DNA of 44,049 bases, counting the filler, from Catajapyx aquilonaris (Eukaryota), in the NCBI GenBank assembly GCA_000934665.2. It is 2 parts of 2 records of this genome, joined end to end, with 100 filler letters (N's around TTAATTAATTAA, not from the genome) between each part and the next. Parts side by side here need not be neighbours in the genome. Positions count along the whole stretch, not along the records: positions 22,076 to 44,049 come from KZ539440.1; 1 more part is not named here. The stretch is one strand, 5' to 3'. A model generated the notes under the pieces. That model was not told the DNA's origin and made no database searches. It saw only the letters and a program-made list of their open reading frames with translations. Shown here piece by piece: positions 22,551-33,534 of this stretch (the first letter of the stretch is position 1; the number at the start of each line of letters is the position of its first letter). The translations under genes were made by a program, and so were the position numbers.

Positions 22551-23960
22551 AAAGTGTTTTTGAATGCTATGTAACATTGCAACAGATACGTACTCATGGT
22601 GTTGCGATTGATGAAACATCAGATGTTGGCAATTTATGTTTTAACATGGTGATTTAATTACGGCTTATGTCAAGTATATGGCCCATTCCCCGAATCAATT
22701 AGGAAACAGTACCTGCGGCTTGCTGACCCTTTGCATCGTGGTTTTGTGTGGGTTTGAAGCGGGGGAAGTGGCTAGGGACCCCGGAATTAATTCCTCAAGC
22801 TGGAGCAGAATGCAGACAGGATCATTGTTATCCGTCAGGCTGAGTCGTATGTTGCTAGGTTATGAACAATCACTCCAGCTCAAGAACGCAACAATGAAAA
22901 TGGGGCAAGTCTAACGTTGATCTGCATCTAACAATGCGGCAGGGTTGGGAGTGCTGTGAAGCAGGTGGCAAATTTAAACGCTATGATGGTTGCTGCAGTT
23001 CGTTAACCCTAAGAATGACATGATGTCACACCAGCCGTGTTTACTGAGCATGTGCAGTAGTATGTCTGCAGAGTGAGTCGTGGACATGATTGGAGGGGAG
23101 AGCCAGGTGGAGGCGGGCAGATCGTGACGTCATGTCGTTGGTTGGACTGTGTGAAGGTAAACTTCACCCTTGGCAAAGCCACAATAACATTCGTTGGCCT
23201 GCGGCGCACAATGAGGACCGCATTGCGTATAGAAACCCACAATAAGCGCCCAGCTCCGCTTTCACTCCGCAAAAACTAAAAATATCACGCACAGGCGACG
23301 TACCATGCCTGGCAGGGCCACAGCAATGGACAGTACTGTTGCGGTAACAAAAAGCCATACAGCATCACCAAGACAAAGGTCTATTCCATCCTATAATTGC
23401 CTGTCCCGAATTGAATCCCCGAAGACCCGACAAGAATAATAAAGCACAGTTCCATGTAACAAACAGAATACAGCTTTGAGTAAACAGGTTATCGTAACCA
23501 AGGCAACTTACCCCTCGTCATGATGGATAACGATGATCCTGTCTGTATTCTGGTCGAGCTTGAGGAATTAGCGAAAATGAAATTTATGATGCACGAAACT
23601 AGCAATTATGATTCGCAAAATAGAGTGCGGGAAATATAGTTCCGGCGACACTGAACTGATACCAGGTGGTTCGACGCTCGTAGCTCAAGCAGGAGCCGTA
23701 CAATGAGCGGCAATAGTACACCCCCCACCTGCAACATACCCAGAACATAGCGCAGTTTTACGTTCCATGGAATATCGAATGAAAGGAAGCGCACGGAATC
23801 TAGGTACACTGCTGGGTTCCCGATTTATTCAGTCCAGTGGCACATGATGCGGTGTTCTAAATACGTAGAGGTGTGTCCCATATTACCGCCCGCGACCGCC
23901 CGTGTTCGTGGTCTGATAATATATGTCGGCATAATGAATCTCTCTAAGTGTAACGTACGC

Positions 23961-24264
23961 AGGGGAGGCGGAGTGGTGCTGCGGTAATGTATGCGCCCAC
24001 GGATGTAAGGGTCACGGGTTCGATACCAAGCCTGAGCATTCCCCCCTTTCATCTCCATACGGGTCGGACGGAGGATATTTATGTGGATAGAGTTTCGATG
24101 GGTTCTCTCCGTGTTCGTGTGGGTTTTCTCGGGGTTCTCCGTTTCCTCCCACTATCAAAATCCATCACATTTCAGGCAAATGATTAAAGTCAGGTTTTCA
24201 AAAGATGATCCCCTAAGAGGCCCAAGGGGCCTATCCCGGGGTATCCATTATTTAAAAAAAAAAA
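23961..24264 (+). mobile_element. tRNA-derived SINE with V-domain-like core
   Basis: A/B boxes (TGGTGCTGCGG; GGTTCGATACC), core CTCCGTGTTCGTGTGGGTTTTCTCGGGGTTCTCCGTTTCCTCCCAC, poly(A) at 24254-24264. No clear TSD. Confidence 0.82.
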
Positions 24265-24583
24265 GGCTTGGCAGTGAGATTACTCGACATTGGCTTACCA
24301 AATGCAGTACTCAATGTTTGTCTCCAAGAGTAGTTAAAAGTATGTGCCATCATGTTGATTTTCGGGGGAAATTCTTGAAGCTTCTTTGAAAAGCAAATGT
24401 TACTCTTAAAAAACTTATATTCTCTGCTTAGTTTTCATTTAGAGTTAATAGGTAAGTTGTAGCAAATATTTGCCCTGATTGTTGTAACTTAATTTCTCCA
24501 TAAAAATGGTTATGCTAGAAAGTGTTACAAGTCAATCATTCTTTTGAGGACTTGAAATGAGAGAATTCCACATTGCTTTGCAG

Positions 24584-24751
24584 TACTCTACAAGGCTCAA
24601 GGGTTCGTGTGACGTTTGCCCTTCCTCGCACCCGTGGGAGGGGGAGGAGGGGGTTTGATCCCCAGATGCGCTGCTATCAGTGTGGTGAAAAAGGGCACTT
24701 CTCCAGGGACTGCCCAGGGATCAAGTATGGCTACAAGAGACCTCCATCCAG
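24584..24751 (+). CDS. SRSF7/9G8-like SR splicing factor, internal exon (RRM end + CCHC zinc knuckle)
   Basis: TTTGCAG acceptor at 24583, AG|GTAACG donor at 24752, phase 2-2. Encodes [44 protein letters not shown]. Upstream RRM exons not found in the window. Confidence 0.9.
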
Positions 24752-25091
24752 GTAACGTGATCCTCTTCTCTAACTTTACAACCACTTGCATGCCATCAAT
24801 TTTTTACCTAGAATGTTTATCATGTGATGTCAAGTGACTATTTCCTATGCATACACAAATTGTTTGAAAATGTGAGCAATCCTATGTAAGATGTGATGTC
24901 CTTTTCAATAGTTGGGCTCAATGGCTGAGTCACACTAATTGATTGTTTTACTGATTAGGTGCTAATTTATTGGACATAATTATTTGTATCATTAAGATGA
25001 AGCACACTATATTTGCATATAAAATTACTGCAGGTTTGCAAAATTTGGGTGCCCTCACTCTGACACACACGTTTATACAGCCATTTATCAA

Positions 25092-25378
25092 CCCTGGAAC
25101 CGTTCCGTGGGGTCTTTTTGGACCCCAAGGAATTAAAATGCATTAAAATGATAATTACGATGAACTTTTGCCATTTTTTTTTTACAGTATATAACAGGAA
25201 GTGCAGGTTTATTTTGAATTAGCGATCATTTTAGTCATGGTTCAAAGAATGATTGTATATAGTCAATACATTGAAAAGTATTATATAATAATTAATAAAA
25301 ATTAAAATATGGATGGGGTCCGAAAAGACTCCACGGCACGGTTGCCGTAATACCTTCAGGCACGGCACGGTTCCAGGG
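25092..25378. mobile_element. piggyBac-type (TTAA) MITE
   Basis: TIR CCCTGGAACCGT.CCGTG / CACGGCACGGTTCCAGGG, flanked by TCAA and TTAA. Subterminal inverted GGGGTC..GACCCC motifs. Confidence 0.8.
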
Positions 25379-25382
25379 TTAA

Positions 25383-25468
25383 TCCCTTCGCTACCAGATA
25401 GGCCCAAACCACAGATTTTCACTTACGCCGAAATCTGTGTAGTTCGGGCCTATCTGGTAGCGAAGGGG
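25383..25468. mobile_element. 86-bp piggyBac-type MITE abutting the previous element
   Basis: TTAA|TCCCTTCGCTACCAGATAGGCCC ... GGGCCTATCTGGTAGCGAAGGGG|TTAA. Confidence 0.85.
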
Positions 25469-25860
25469 TTAATGCAAGGCATCAGTACCAATTTTGTAAT
25501 TGACTTCCAGAGTTCTTTTGATTAAAAAATACTGACCAATAAGATGGCCCTCATTTGTTAAATTTTGCAATTACCTTTCTTGCTGGGGTCATGGTAGATA
25601 TGCTGTGTGTAGGAAAACACCTGTGCCTGCAATGTGAAGTATTGCTTGTCACTCTCCATTAGACTATTGCAGCTGGATTGCACTCTAACTGCAATAGTCT
25701 AATGGAGGCAGATGAGGAACACTTGACCTTTCTGGCACATCGCAGGTGCACCATTTTACTAAGCACAGCAAAGATAATGAAGGAGATGTGATCTTATAGG
25801 CAAACATAGTGACTAATGCCATATTTCACTAAGGAAAATAAAGAAAATAATAGTTCAAAG

Positions 25861-27087
25861 CATTGGGTCGAATTTTCGTCTTTCCGCTAGTAGCGCCTAT
25901 TCAGAACTTATTTGTTAGTTGCTGCATAGGCTCTTTTAGAGGTACTGTTTAAGGTGGAATTTTCGTCATTCTGTTAGCTGCTTTTTACAAACCAGTGCTG
26001 GATAGCCTAATCAGTGCCTGTTTGGTGCCTAATAGACTTGACAATTGACAGTCAGCGCCTGCGCACTACATGCCTCCTGGTGTAAACAAGTGAAGGAGAA
26101 GGCGATGATGGACACTGAGGATTGATGAGTATGGAACAGGGAAGGGCAGTACCAGGTATATCTGGATTATTCCTCGTGCTGTGTGATTTTTGGCATAAAA
26201 GTAGGCAGAGGGATTGCGCTGTGCCAAGGAAAGAGCTGGAAAATTAAGAACTGAACTAGATGGGCTATGACCTCCCTAATCCACTAATTTTAATCAACAC
26301 TCAGGAGGGCGGAAGATGTGTGATTGCACCGGATCGCACAGTGCAGAATGTAAAAGATCAACATTACTGATATCGCTAAGAAAATCCTGGCAGCAATAAG
26401 CTGCAAACAATTGACGGGATAAGTTGCTGCCATCACCAGGGGTCTAAATGTTCGAATGCTGGTGCAATTTGCACTCCCAAATTGTTATCTGCACTCCAAA
26501 CCGAGCCTTTGAAAGCAAACTCCAGTTAGTCCTGCTTTTTAACATGGCTAAACCACATGGACAAAAAATTGAAGATTTGACTCCTGGATTACCAATGTCA
26601 CATTAGAGCATGTCTTCTCCGATATACGTAATTATGCAGACTCGCATACAAAAGTGCTTGGATTCTGGAATTGACCATTTTCAGCACATGCTCTTGGCAG
26701 ACCTTGTTTTGCAACATAAAACGTAAGCACACGTCAATTTTCATAGGGAAACTTACACTAATTAAAAAGTTATTGAGGAATGTTTGGATTTATGAGAAAG
26801 AGAATCAACCTACAAGTGTCTCATGAAAGGATCCAGAAGGGGCAGGTAGCACCTCGGCCCCAGTAAAACGCGTCAAATGCGTTGAATGTGCTCCACAAGT
26901 GGAACACTCGTCATCGGGTCTGCCATTTCTCATGTGACGGGGTGATTTAGAGACACCTCGAGATGTCTCTCACCTCACTACTATTAACTACTCAGTTCTA
27001 TGTTTAGTAGTGCCTAATCAGAAGCACAAAAATTCCATCCGTCCAAATAGTAATCCGCTAATAGTAAGACGAAAATTTCACCCACTG
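25861..27087. mobile_element. Probable ~1.2-kb non-autonomous TIR element
   Basis: Ends CATTGGGTCGAATTTTCGTCT / AGACGAAAATTTCACCCACTG, the same TIR as the hairpin at 27186-27301. No TSD seen. Confidence 0.5.
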
Positions 27088-27185
27088 CCACTGGCTGTAA
27101 TGAATAAAGTTCATGGTAACAATAGGTTTTTTGGGACTTCTATAGGCTGCTATTATTTTTGTTGGTGCCATTGTACATATAGAAA

Positions 27186-27301
27186 TAGTGGGTCGAATTT
27201 TCGTCCCACTGCTAGATACTGCTAACTTACAATTAGGTGTACCAGTACTAGTGCTGCTAAGTTAGCAGTAACTAGCAGTGGGACGAAAATTTGACCCAGT
27301 G
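27186..27301. mobile_element. Small hairpin MITE
   Basis: TGGGTCGAATTTTCGTCCCACTGCTAG.TACTGCTAACTTA ... TAAGTTAGCAGTA.CTAGCAGTGGGACGAAAATTTGACCCA. Confidence 0.8.
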
Positions 27302-27874
27302 TTGTTAAGGGGAGTTAGCAGTATGTGATTTTGCCTTGAGCCCTCATATAGGCATAACAAATATATATCATATCTCCATGAGATACATGACACTATGGTC
27401 CATTAAGTGACTTTTTAATTGCTAAGTGTCAGTGACCAGAAAGCAAGTGCATGCTTTTATTCTTCTCTATTCTTTTGCACTTTGATTTTTTGCCCCGTAA
27501 TCTTATTAAACATGAAGCGAAGATGAGGAAACTGATTCTGCCTTAATTCACTTTAGGCCGAGAGATATGGTTATGGTAGGATGATGATGATGGTGAATGG
27601 TGATGATGATGATGTTGTGGTGGATATCGGTTGGTATTTGGTTGGTGGGTTGAAAGCGTCGGCCACCAGATGATGATTTTGGAGGAGGAGTCACCTGGAA
27701 ACGCACGCAGTGGAAGTCTCTCCAACCAGTTCCCCTCCCCATTCTTACTGTGACATGGGTGAAAATTGGTTGTGTGTTGGTTAAGATGGTTCATGATGAT
27801 GGTGGTGGTGTGATGGTTCATGGTAGTGGGTGTGGGTGGTGGTTGGTTGTGGCTTTGGGAAAATCAGGGGGGCC

Positions 27875-28367
27875 TTTTCCTGGAAAAAAAATTGAAAAGC
27901 CCAATAGAACAAGGGCCAAACTCCCAAGGTGGAAAAAAGGTGGGGATATAAGAAAAAAATCGCCAATTGTAAACTATTTGAGGTACACTTGTGGAAGTAA
28001 AGTGAATAAGCCTGAAATCGCCATGGCATCCTATCCTGAGATTTTCACTCTGATAGGACCCATGGGTGAAGCAGGGGGCTGAAATTTGTACTTTGGAGTT
28101 CAGTCCTTGCTCTATTGGGAGCGAAGCGGGGACTTGGTTAGGAAAAAGGTGGGGGTGGAAGACAAAAATCATAGTTTTAAAACTCTTTGAGGCTAATGTG
28201 TGGAAGCAAATCCTTTATGTTCAAAGTCACTGTGCCATCCTAGGCTGTGATTTTCACTCCGATACAATGAGTGGCTGAAGCAGGACATGGTATGAAACTT
28301 GTACATTGGAGTCCGGCCCTTGTTCTATTGGGAAAGTAGATTGGATATTTTTCGGGTGCATGGAACA
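27875..28367 (+). repeat. Left arm of ~480-bp inverted repeat pair
   Basis: Reverse-complementary to 29921-30490. The same peptide RYTCGSKVNKPEIAMASYPEIFTLIGPMGEAGG appears on opposite strands in the ORF track. Confidence 0.92.
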
Positions 28368-28426
28368 ATGCAACGGGTGAATATACAGACTACGTGCACT
28401 AATCCATTTTGTTTTATGCCGTTACA

Positions 28427-29685
28427 CTATACTCCTGATTATCTGGGTTTGGATTATCTGTGTTTCGGATTATCCGTGCATTGCTAAAATGCAAAGTCCG
28501 AAAAAATGTAAGGTGAGTCGGGGCAAGTGCGACCCTGTTTTACATAGGTTGACTTTGGGTGAGGATTGTGCTGCTCAGGAAGCTGTAAAAAAGCTGAACT
28601 TACAACCACATGCAGAGTAACTAATTCTCTTTTAGTGATCACAGAATCAATAGGTTACGGTTTTGCAATTGTCTGAAAATCAATTATTCCCGAAACTGTG
28701 TTGCGGATTTGGCACTTGCCCCGACGTGGGGTAAGTGCTACTACTGGCCTTATCTTTGAAGGAGAGCATTGGGTAATGGAAATGAGGTAAGTGGCGACTA
28801 GGGTAGCAGTATACCTTTCTAGTGTTCTTTTCTGAATCAAAATACCTTTTCCCAGTGTCAAATAGCAACTTTCAATGAAAATCTGCATAAGACTGGAGTA
28901 TGCGAAGTCCCCAAGTTACATAGTATGAGTTGACATGTGAATAAAATAAGCTAGTATGTCTCAGAAGCACTTCTTCAGTAAACGGAATGCCGCACTCACA
29001 CATTTAGCACGCATTTAAACCTGAAAAATCCAGTCCAAATAGTAATGCTCCACCTCTGCGGTCTTCCTAGGTCGCACTTGCCCCAGTGTCACATTGTCAT
29101 GGGGCAACTGCGACCTAGGCAACTAAAGGTGACGTCATAATCTTATCGTTAATTACACAACATCTATGAAAAGGTCATAGAAAATGCTTCATAACTATGC
29201 AAAAATAGAACACCCAGCATGTTGAAGTGCACCTACAGAAATATCTTCCGACATTCGTCGATCTTCTTCTGAAGGTGAGATGTGAGGGTTGAGCGTTCCG
29301 CCTCCGTCATAGCTACACAAAGCCAGTAACGAGGGAAAATGTTTTTGCCCTACGTTGACCGAAGTCAGGGCAATCATATGGTGCTATCGCGAAAAGTGCT
29401 CCCATACCGTGGCATGATTTTTTTCCGAAGTCGCACTTACCCCGATTCGGCACTTGCCCCGACTCACCTTATATTTTTCTCTCAAACAAATAAATATAAC
29501 AGAATTTTTCCAGAAGACTAACTAAAAATTAATTTAATTTTGATTACATCTTATTTAAAGCAGAATACAGTATTTCTAGTTGTTCATTTAAAACCTGTGT
29601 ATAGCTCATTTTATGGTATCTAAGACCATTTTCCGATTATCCGGCGACACCCATGCAGCATTAGCCCGGATAATCGGGAGTGCAG
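28427..29685. mobile_element. Tigger/pogo-like MITE interrupted by a second MITE
   Basis: Ends CTATACTCCTGATTATCTGGG / CCCGGATAATCGGGAGTGCAG|TA, with repeated GATTATCYG subterminal motifs. Confidence 0.7.
28511..29469. mobile_element. TA-flanked pogo/Tc1-type non-autonomous element
   Basis: TA|AGGTGAGTCGGGGCAAGTGC ... GCACTTGCCCCGACTCACCT|TA (perfect 20-bp TIR). Internal GCACTTGCCCC-like copies at about 28712, 29074 and 29101. Confidence 0.88.
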
Positions 29686-29920
29686 TATTACCATCTACAC
29701 AAATTGTGAAGGCTTCAAAACTGACCAATGTCAAAAGCCATTACCGATTTCTTTCTGAGGATGCCAAACTCGGCCTCAATCATCTACATCAAATTGAGTC
29801 TTCAGTGGCAGAAGAGAGTGCTTCATCAGATAGCGATATCCCTGACAACTGAGAGTAAAATAAAAATATGAAAGGCACATTCCATTGTACAGTACATGAT
29901 TGTTATTTCTGCCTGATTTC

Positions 29921-30490
29921 ATTATTCCATGCACTCGAAAAATATCCAATCTTATTTATTTATTTATTTATTTAGTTACCCCGTTTCAGGGCAGGGCCCT
30001 CTTGGGGGGAAAAAATATCCAATCTACTTTCCCAATAGAACAAGGGCTGGACTCCAAAATACAAGTTTCGTACGATGTCCTGCTTCAACCACTCATCGTA
30101 TCGGAGTGAAAATCACACCCTAGGATGGCACAGCGATTTTGGACATAAAGGATTTGCTTTCACACATTAACCTCAAAGAGTTTTAAAATTACGATTTTTT
30201 GTCTTCCACCCCCACCTTTTTTCCTAGCCAAGTACCTCCACGTTCGCAATAGTACAAGGGCAGTACTCCAAAGTACAAATTTCGGCCCCCTGCTTCACCC
30301 ATGGGTCCTATCAGAGTGAAAATCTCAGGATAGGATGCCATGGCGATTTCAGGCTTATTCACTTTACTTCCACATGTGTACCTCAAATAGTTTACAAATG
30401 GCGATTTTAAAATTATAACCCCACCTTTTTTCCACCTTTGGAGTTTGGCCCTTGTTTTATTGGGCTATTCAATTTCATTTTTTCTGGGCA
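29921..30490 (-). repeat. Right arm of inverted repeat pair (contains a 58-bp retro-insertion)
   Basis: Reverse-complementary to 27875-28367. Confidence 0.92.
29953..30010 (-). mobile_element. Severely 5'-truncated SINE/LINE 3' end
   Basis: (TAAA)n tail plus CCCC.AAGAGGGCCC..GGGGTAA tail motif. 15-bp TSD AAAAATATCCAATCT (29938-29952, 30011-30025). The partner arm retains the empty site. Confidence 0.85.
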
Positions 30491-31788
30491 GCCTCCCCCT
30501 CCCCCATTCTCAATCCACTCCACCCACCTACCCATCCTCACCCAACCATCCCAAAGTCTCAGCCTGGCTCCCGGTGGTAGGTATGTGTCCTGAATAGCAA
30601 CAAATTTTAATTATCTTGAAAGCATTAATTTATGTTTCAAGTGCAAAATGGAGTAGTAAAGTGAAGGAACTGGATTGAACATGTAGATGGGAGAAAATAT
30701 TTCAAATGGGGAAATGTGTTGTGATTTGATTGTGGAAGCACTTAGTTACAAGATAATGCACTGAAACCTGTCTATAGCACACTTGATATACAGGGCGAAG
30801 GGAAACTCACACCTAATCGCCAGGTAGACTGATAGTACTCACAAAACTAATATAGGGATGTGCAATTAGTTTTGGGCGCCGTAGCGTAATTAATGCATAC
30901 GACGCCTTTAAAGTTTCGTGACTTCACATCCATTCTCCCAGTTTAGTGTAAATTTTGGCTGTCCTGGGAGCATCATAAGATTTCTTTTGTATTTTGGTCC
31001 AATATAGTAGAGACTGTCAAATGTGGGGGCAGACAGCATTTTAAAGGCCCATAAGGTAAAGCCTGTGCATAGTGTAATTTGTACTACATTAAATTAAAGG
31101 TTGTTTCACAAATTCACTGACTTGTGAGCCAAGACCAGGGCGAAAAATGGGCGTGAATGGCACACGTGTAAAAATTGCCCCCTTGGGCAAAACATTGGTG
31201 GCAAGTCCCACAAATTCAGTATTTGTAAAACATTCAGGCTTGGAGACTTGTAATGAGCTTTAATTCTTTTTTTAGATTAGTTTTATTTAGTGTTAAGGAA
31301 GATAGCGGAACGGAGTGATTCCCCATACAGGTTTCACTGTAGTAATAATAATAGTAATAACCACCATCATAATAATATAGATGAATATCTTAAATGTAGA
31401 TTTTTTCGGAGTAAAATAATCTGTTATAAAATGTGGGATTCAACATTTTTCTCAGATGCTCATTGAAATCATGACACATCTTTCTCATGTAGCTTACATG
31501 TAACTAACTGCTATATGAGTTAATAACCATTTAACTTTAATATTGAATCATTCCAGTAGTGAGAGTTTGATTCTTCAATTTCCTGTAGTACCAGATAACA
31601 AAATAGTTTTACTGACAGTTCCTTCCAGGACAGAGAACCATTAACTTAGTTGAAGCCAATGATTTTGCAATACATTAATTCTTGTTCTTGTTTTTGTATA
31701 AAACAAAGGACAGAATTTGCCTGTGTGTGGGCATAAACCCAGTTCAGAGTGCCAATGAATGGTTTTTAAAAAAACCCCACCCAAACAG

Positions 31789-31879
31789 ATCACCTGTGAG
31801 GCGCCGAGGTCACCGGAGCAGGCGGTATTCAGTCAGCCGTTCGAGGTCCAGGTCACGTGGAAGGTACAACCGATACTGA
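31789..31879 (+). CDS. SR splicing factor, RS-domain exon with stop
   Basis: Acceptor CAAACAG at 31788, phase-compatible with the exon ending at 24751. Encodes (R)SPVRRRGHRSRRYSVSRSRSRSRGRYNRY*. Donor at 31883 and acceptor at 32313 suggest a 3' UTR intron. Confidence 0.8.
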
Positions 31880-31956
31880 CAGGTACAGTAAACCATGTGA
31901 ATTTGCTGAATAATAAGACAAAAGATCACAGCTAATGCAGCTGTGTCAACTTGCGG

Positions 31957-32201
31957 CAGAGCTGTAACTAGGCAGGGGCCCAGGGCGCACTTAAAGCGCA
32001 GTACTTTTTTTTTATACTGATGGCTAGCCCGCCCTGCATCCTCGCCAATCGGACTCAAGGTAGCCCAATATAACGTCACGATGCCNNNNNNNNNNNCCCC
32101 CCCCCCCCATTCAGATGTGGGGAAGGAGAAGGAGGGATTGGGGGAGGGGCACACAGCATCATTTCTTGCCCAGGGCGTATGAAAAGCTAGTTACGGCTCT
32201 G
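31957..32201. mobile_element. hAT-like MITE
   Basis: TIR CAGAGCTGTAACTAG / CTAGTTACGGCTCTG. TSD ACTTGCGG / CCTTGCGG (7/8). Contains a small N gap. Confidence 0.8.
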
Positions 32202-33121
32202 CCTTGCGGTTTTGGATATGCTATAATAAATTTTATTTCATTATGCATGGGCACATTGTAATGTTTTACTAATTCCATTCCAATGCATTAAATAAATATT
32301 GTCTTGTTTTTAGGACTGACGTCCAACAACATGGTGTTTGGGCAGCTAGATGACGCCCTCATGTCTCACCTTTTTTCCCTCTCCATATTCACATTTTCTC
32401 TGGTGTCCCTTAGTATACAGATTAGTGTCTGTGAAACCTTGTGGTTGGAGAATAACATTGCTCCAGCATAACATTTCAGACCTTGCCTGTCAGGTTCATA
32501 TCAGTCAGGTTGGTATGGTAAATGTATGGAGGAGTGCACATCAAGTTATGCACACATTATACCGTGTGTTTCAAAATTTAGCTCACATATGCGTTGATAA
32601 GAATGTTGTGGAGGCTTGCTTCAGTCATCTCACTTTGAAGATTAGCATGGAATCACACATACTGTTAGACAGCTTATTAAATGACCTTTCCAGCAGTGTG
32701 TGTATATGCCCAATTTGAAGCTCACAGGACTCAGGGAGAGGAAATTGGCTGCCAGTGAGATTTTCACCCATATGGATGAGGGTAAAATTTCGAAACATAA
32801 CTTCAAAATGGTGTAAGCACCTATGTGATCTCTGGGTGAGTTTCATGGGAATTTTCTGCCCTGGGAAGAAACTTGTTGCTGTCTTTCTGTTCTGACAAGG
32901 ATTAAAATTATTTTGTTTGTTTGTTCTTTTTTTTAGTTCACTTGTTTCCTCCCACTCACAAAATTTGTCAGGAGGAGAATTAAGATTTAATGACAAGAAA
33001 ATAATCGTTTCCGAAAGAGGCCAGAGGCCAGCCAGTGGATCAAGAACTGCTTTATAACTGTCCTTACTACTCAAACTGTGACTATCTTGAGGACAGTAAT
33101 ATTGAGTAATTGAATGCATTT

Positions 33122-33534
33122 TTTATTTTTTATTTTTATTTTTAATATATACCCCGTGCTAGAGCCATAGGCTCTCTTAGGGGAGTGGAATACCACTATC
33201 GTGCAGGGACATGGTAGGGATAGGAGGGGGGGGGGGATGCTGGTGCATGTGCAATGTCATCAAGTTGGGGGGTCGTGTGCAGTCCCTCAGGGCCGTTTGC
33301 CAAGATGACCCCCTAGATGCCAGTCAGAAACCCCCCCACTGACCTGCACCTCCTCCAGGGCAGGGAAAGGAAGCGGCTGTGGCCTATTTTATGGTACGAT
33401 CCCGGAAATTTTTCCTGGGGCAACCTTGGGAAACCACAGAAAACCAAGGTCAGGACCGCCGGCCTCCAGGATTCGAACCCAGGACCTCCCGATTAGCAGT
33501 CGGACACCATATCCACTCCACCACTACTGCTTCG
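33122..33534 (-). mobile_element. Full-length tRNA-derived SINE
   Basis: Minus-strand A/B boxes (TGGTGGAGTGG; GGTTCGAATCC), GGTTTTCTGTGGTTTCCC motif, (A4-6T)n tail. 16-bp TSD GTAATTGAATGCATTT (33106-33121, 33535-33550). Confidence 0.92.

Noticed and set aside
23085..23135. CCAAT, GC box and TGACGTCA cluster as the SR gene promoter
   Set aside because: No downstream first exon was found, and such short motifs occur by chance.
27543..28082. His-rich and Gly/Val-rich ORFs
   Set aside because: Products of (GAT/GGT)n simple repeats and the repeat arm.
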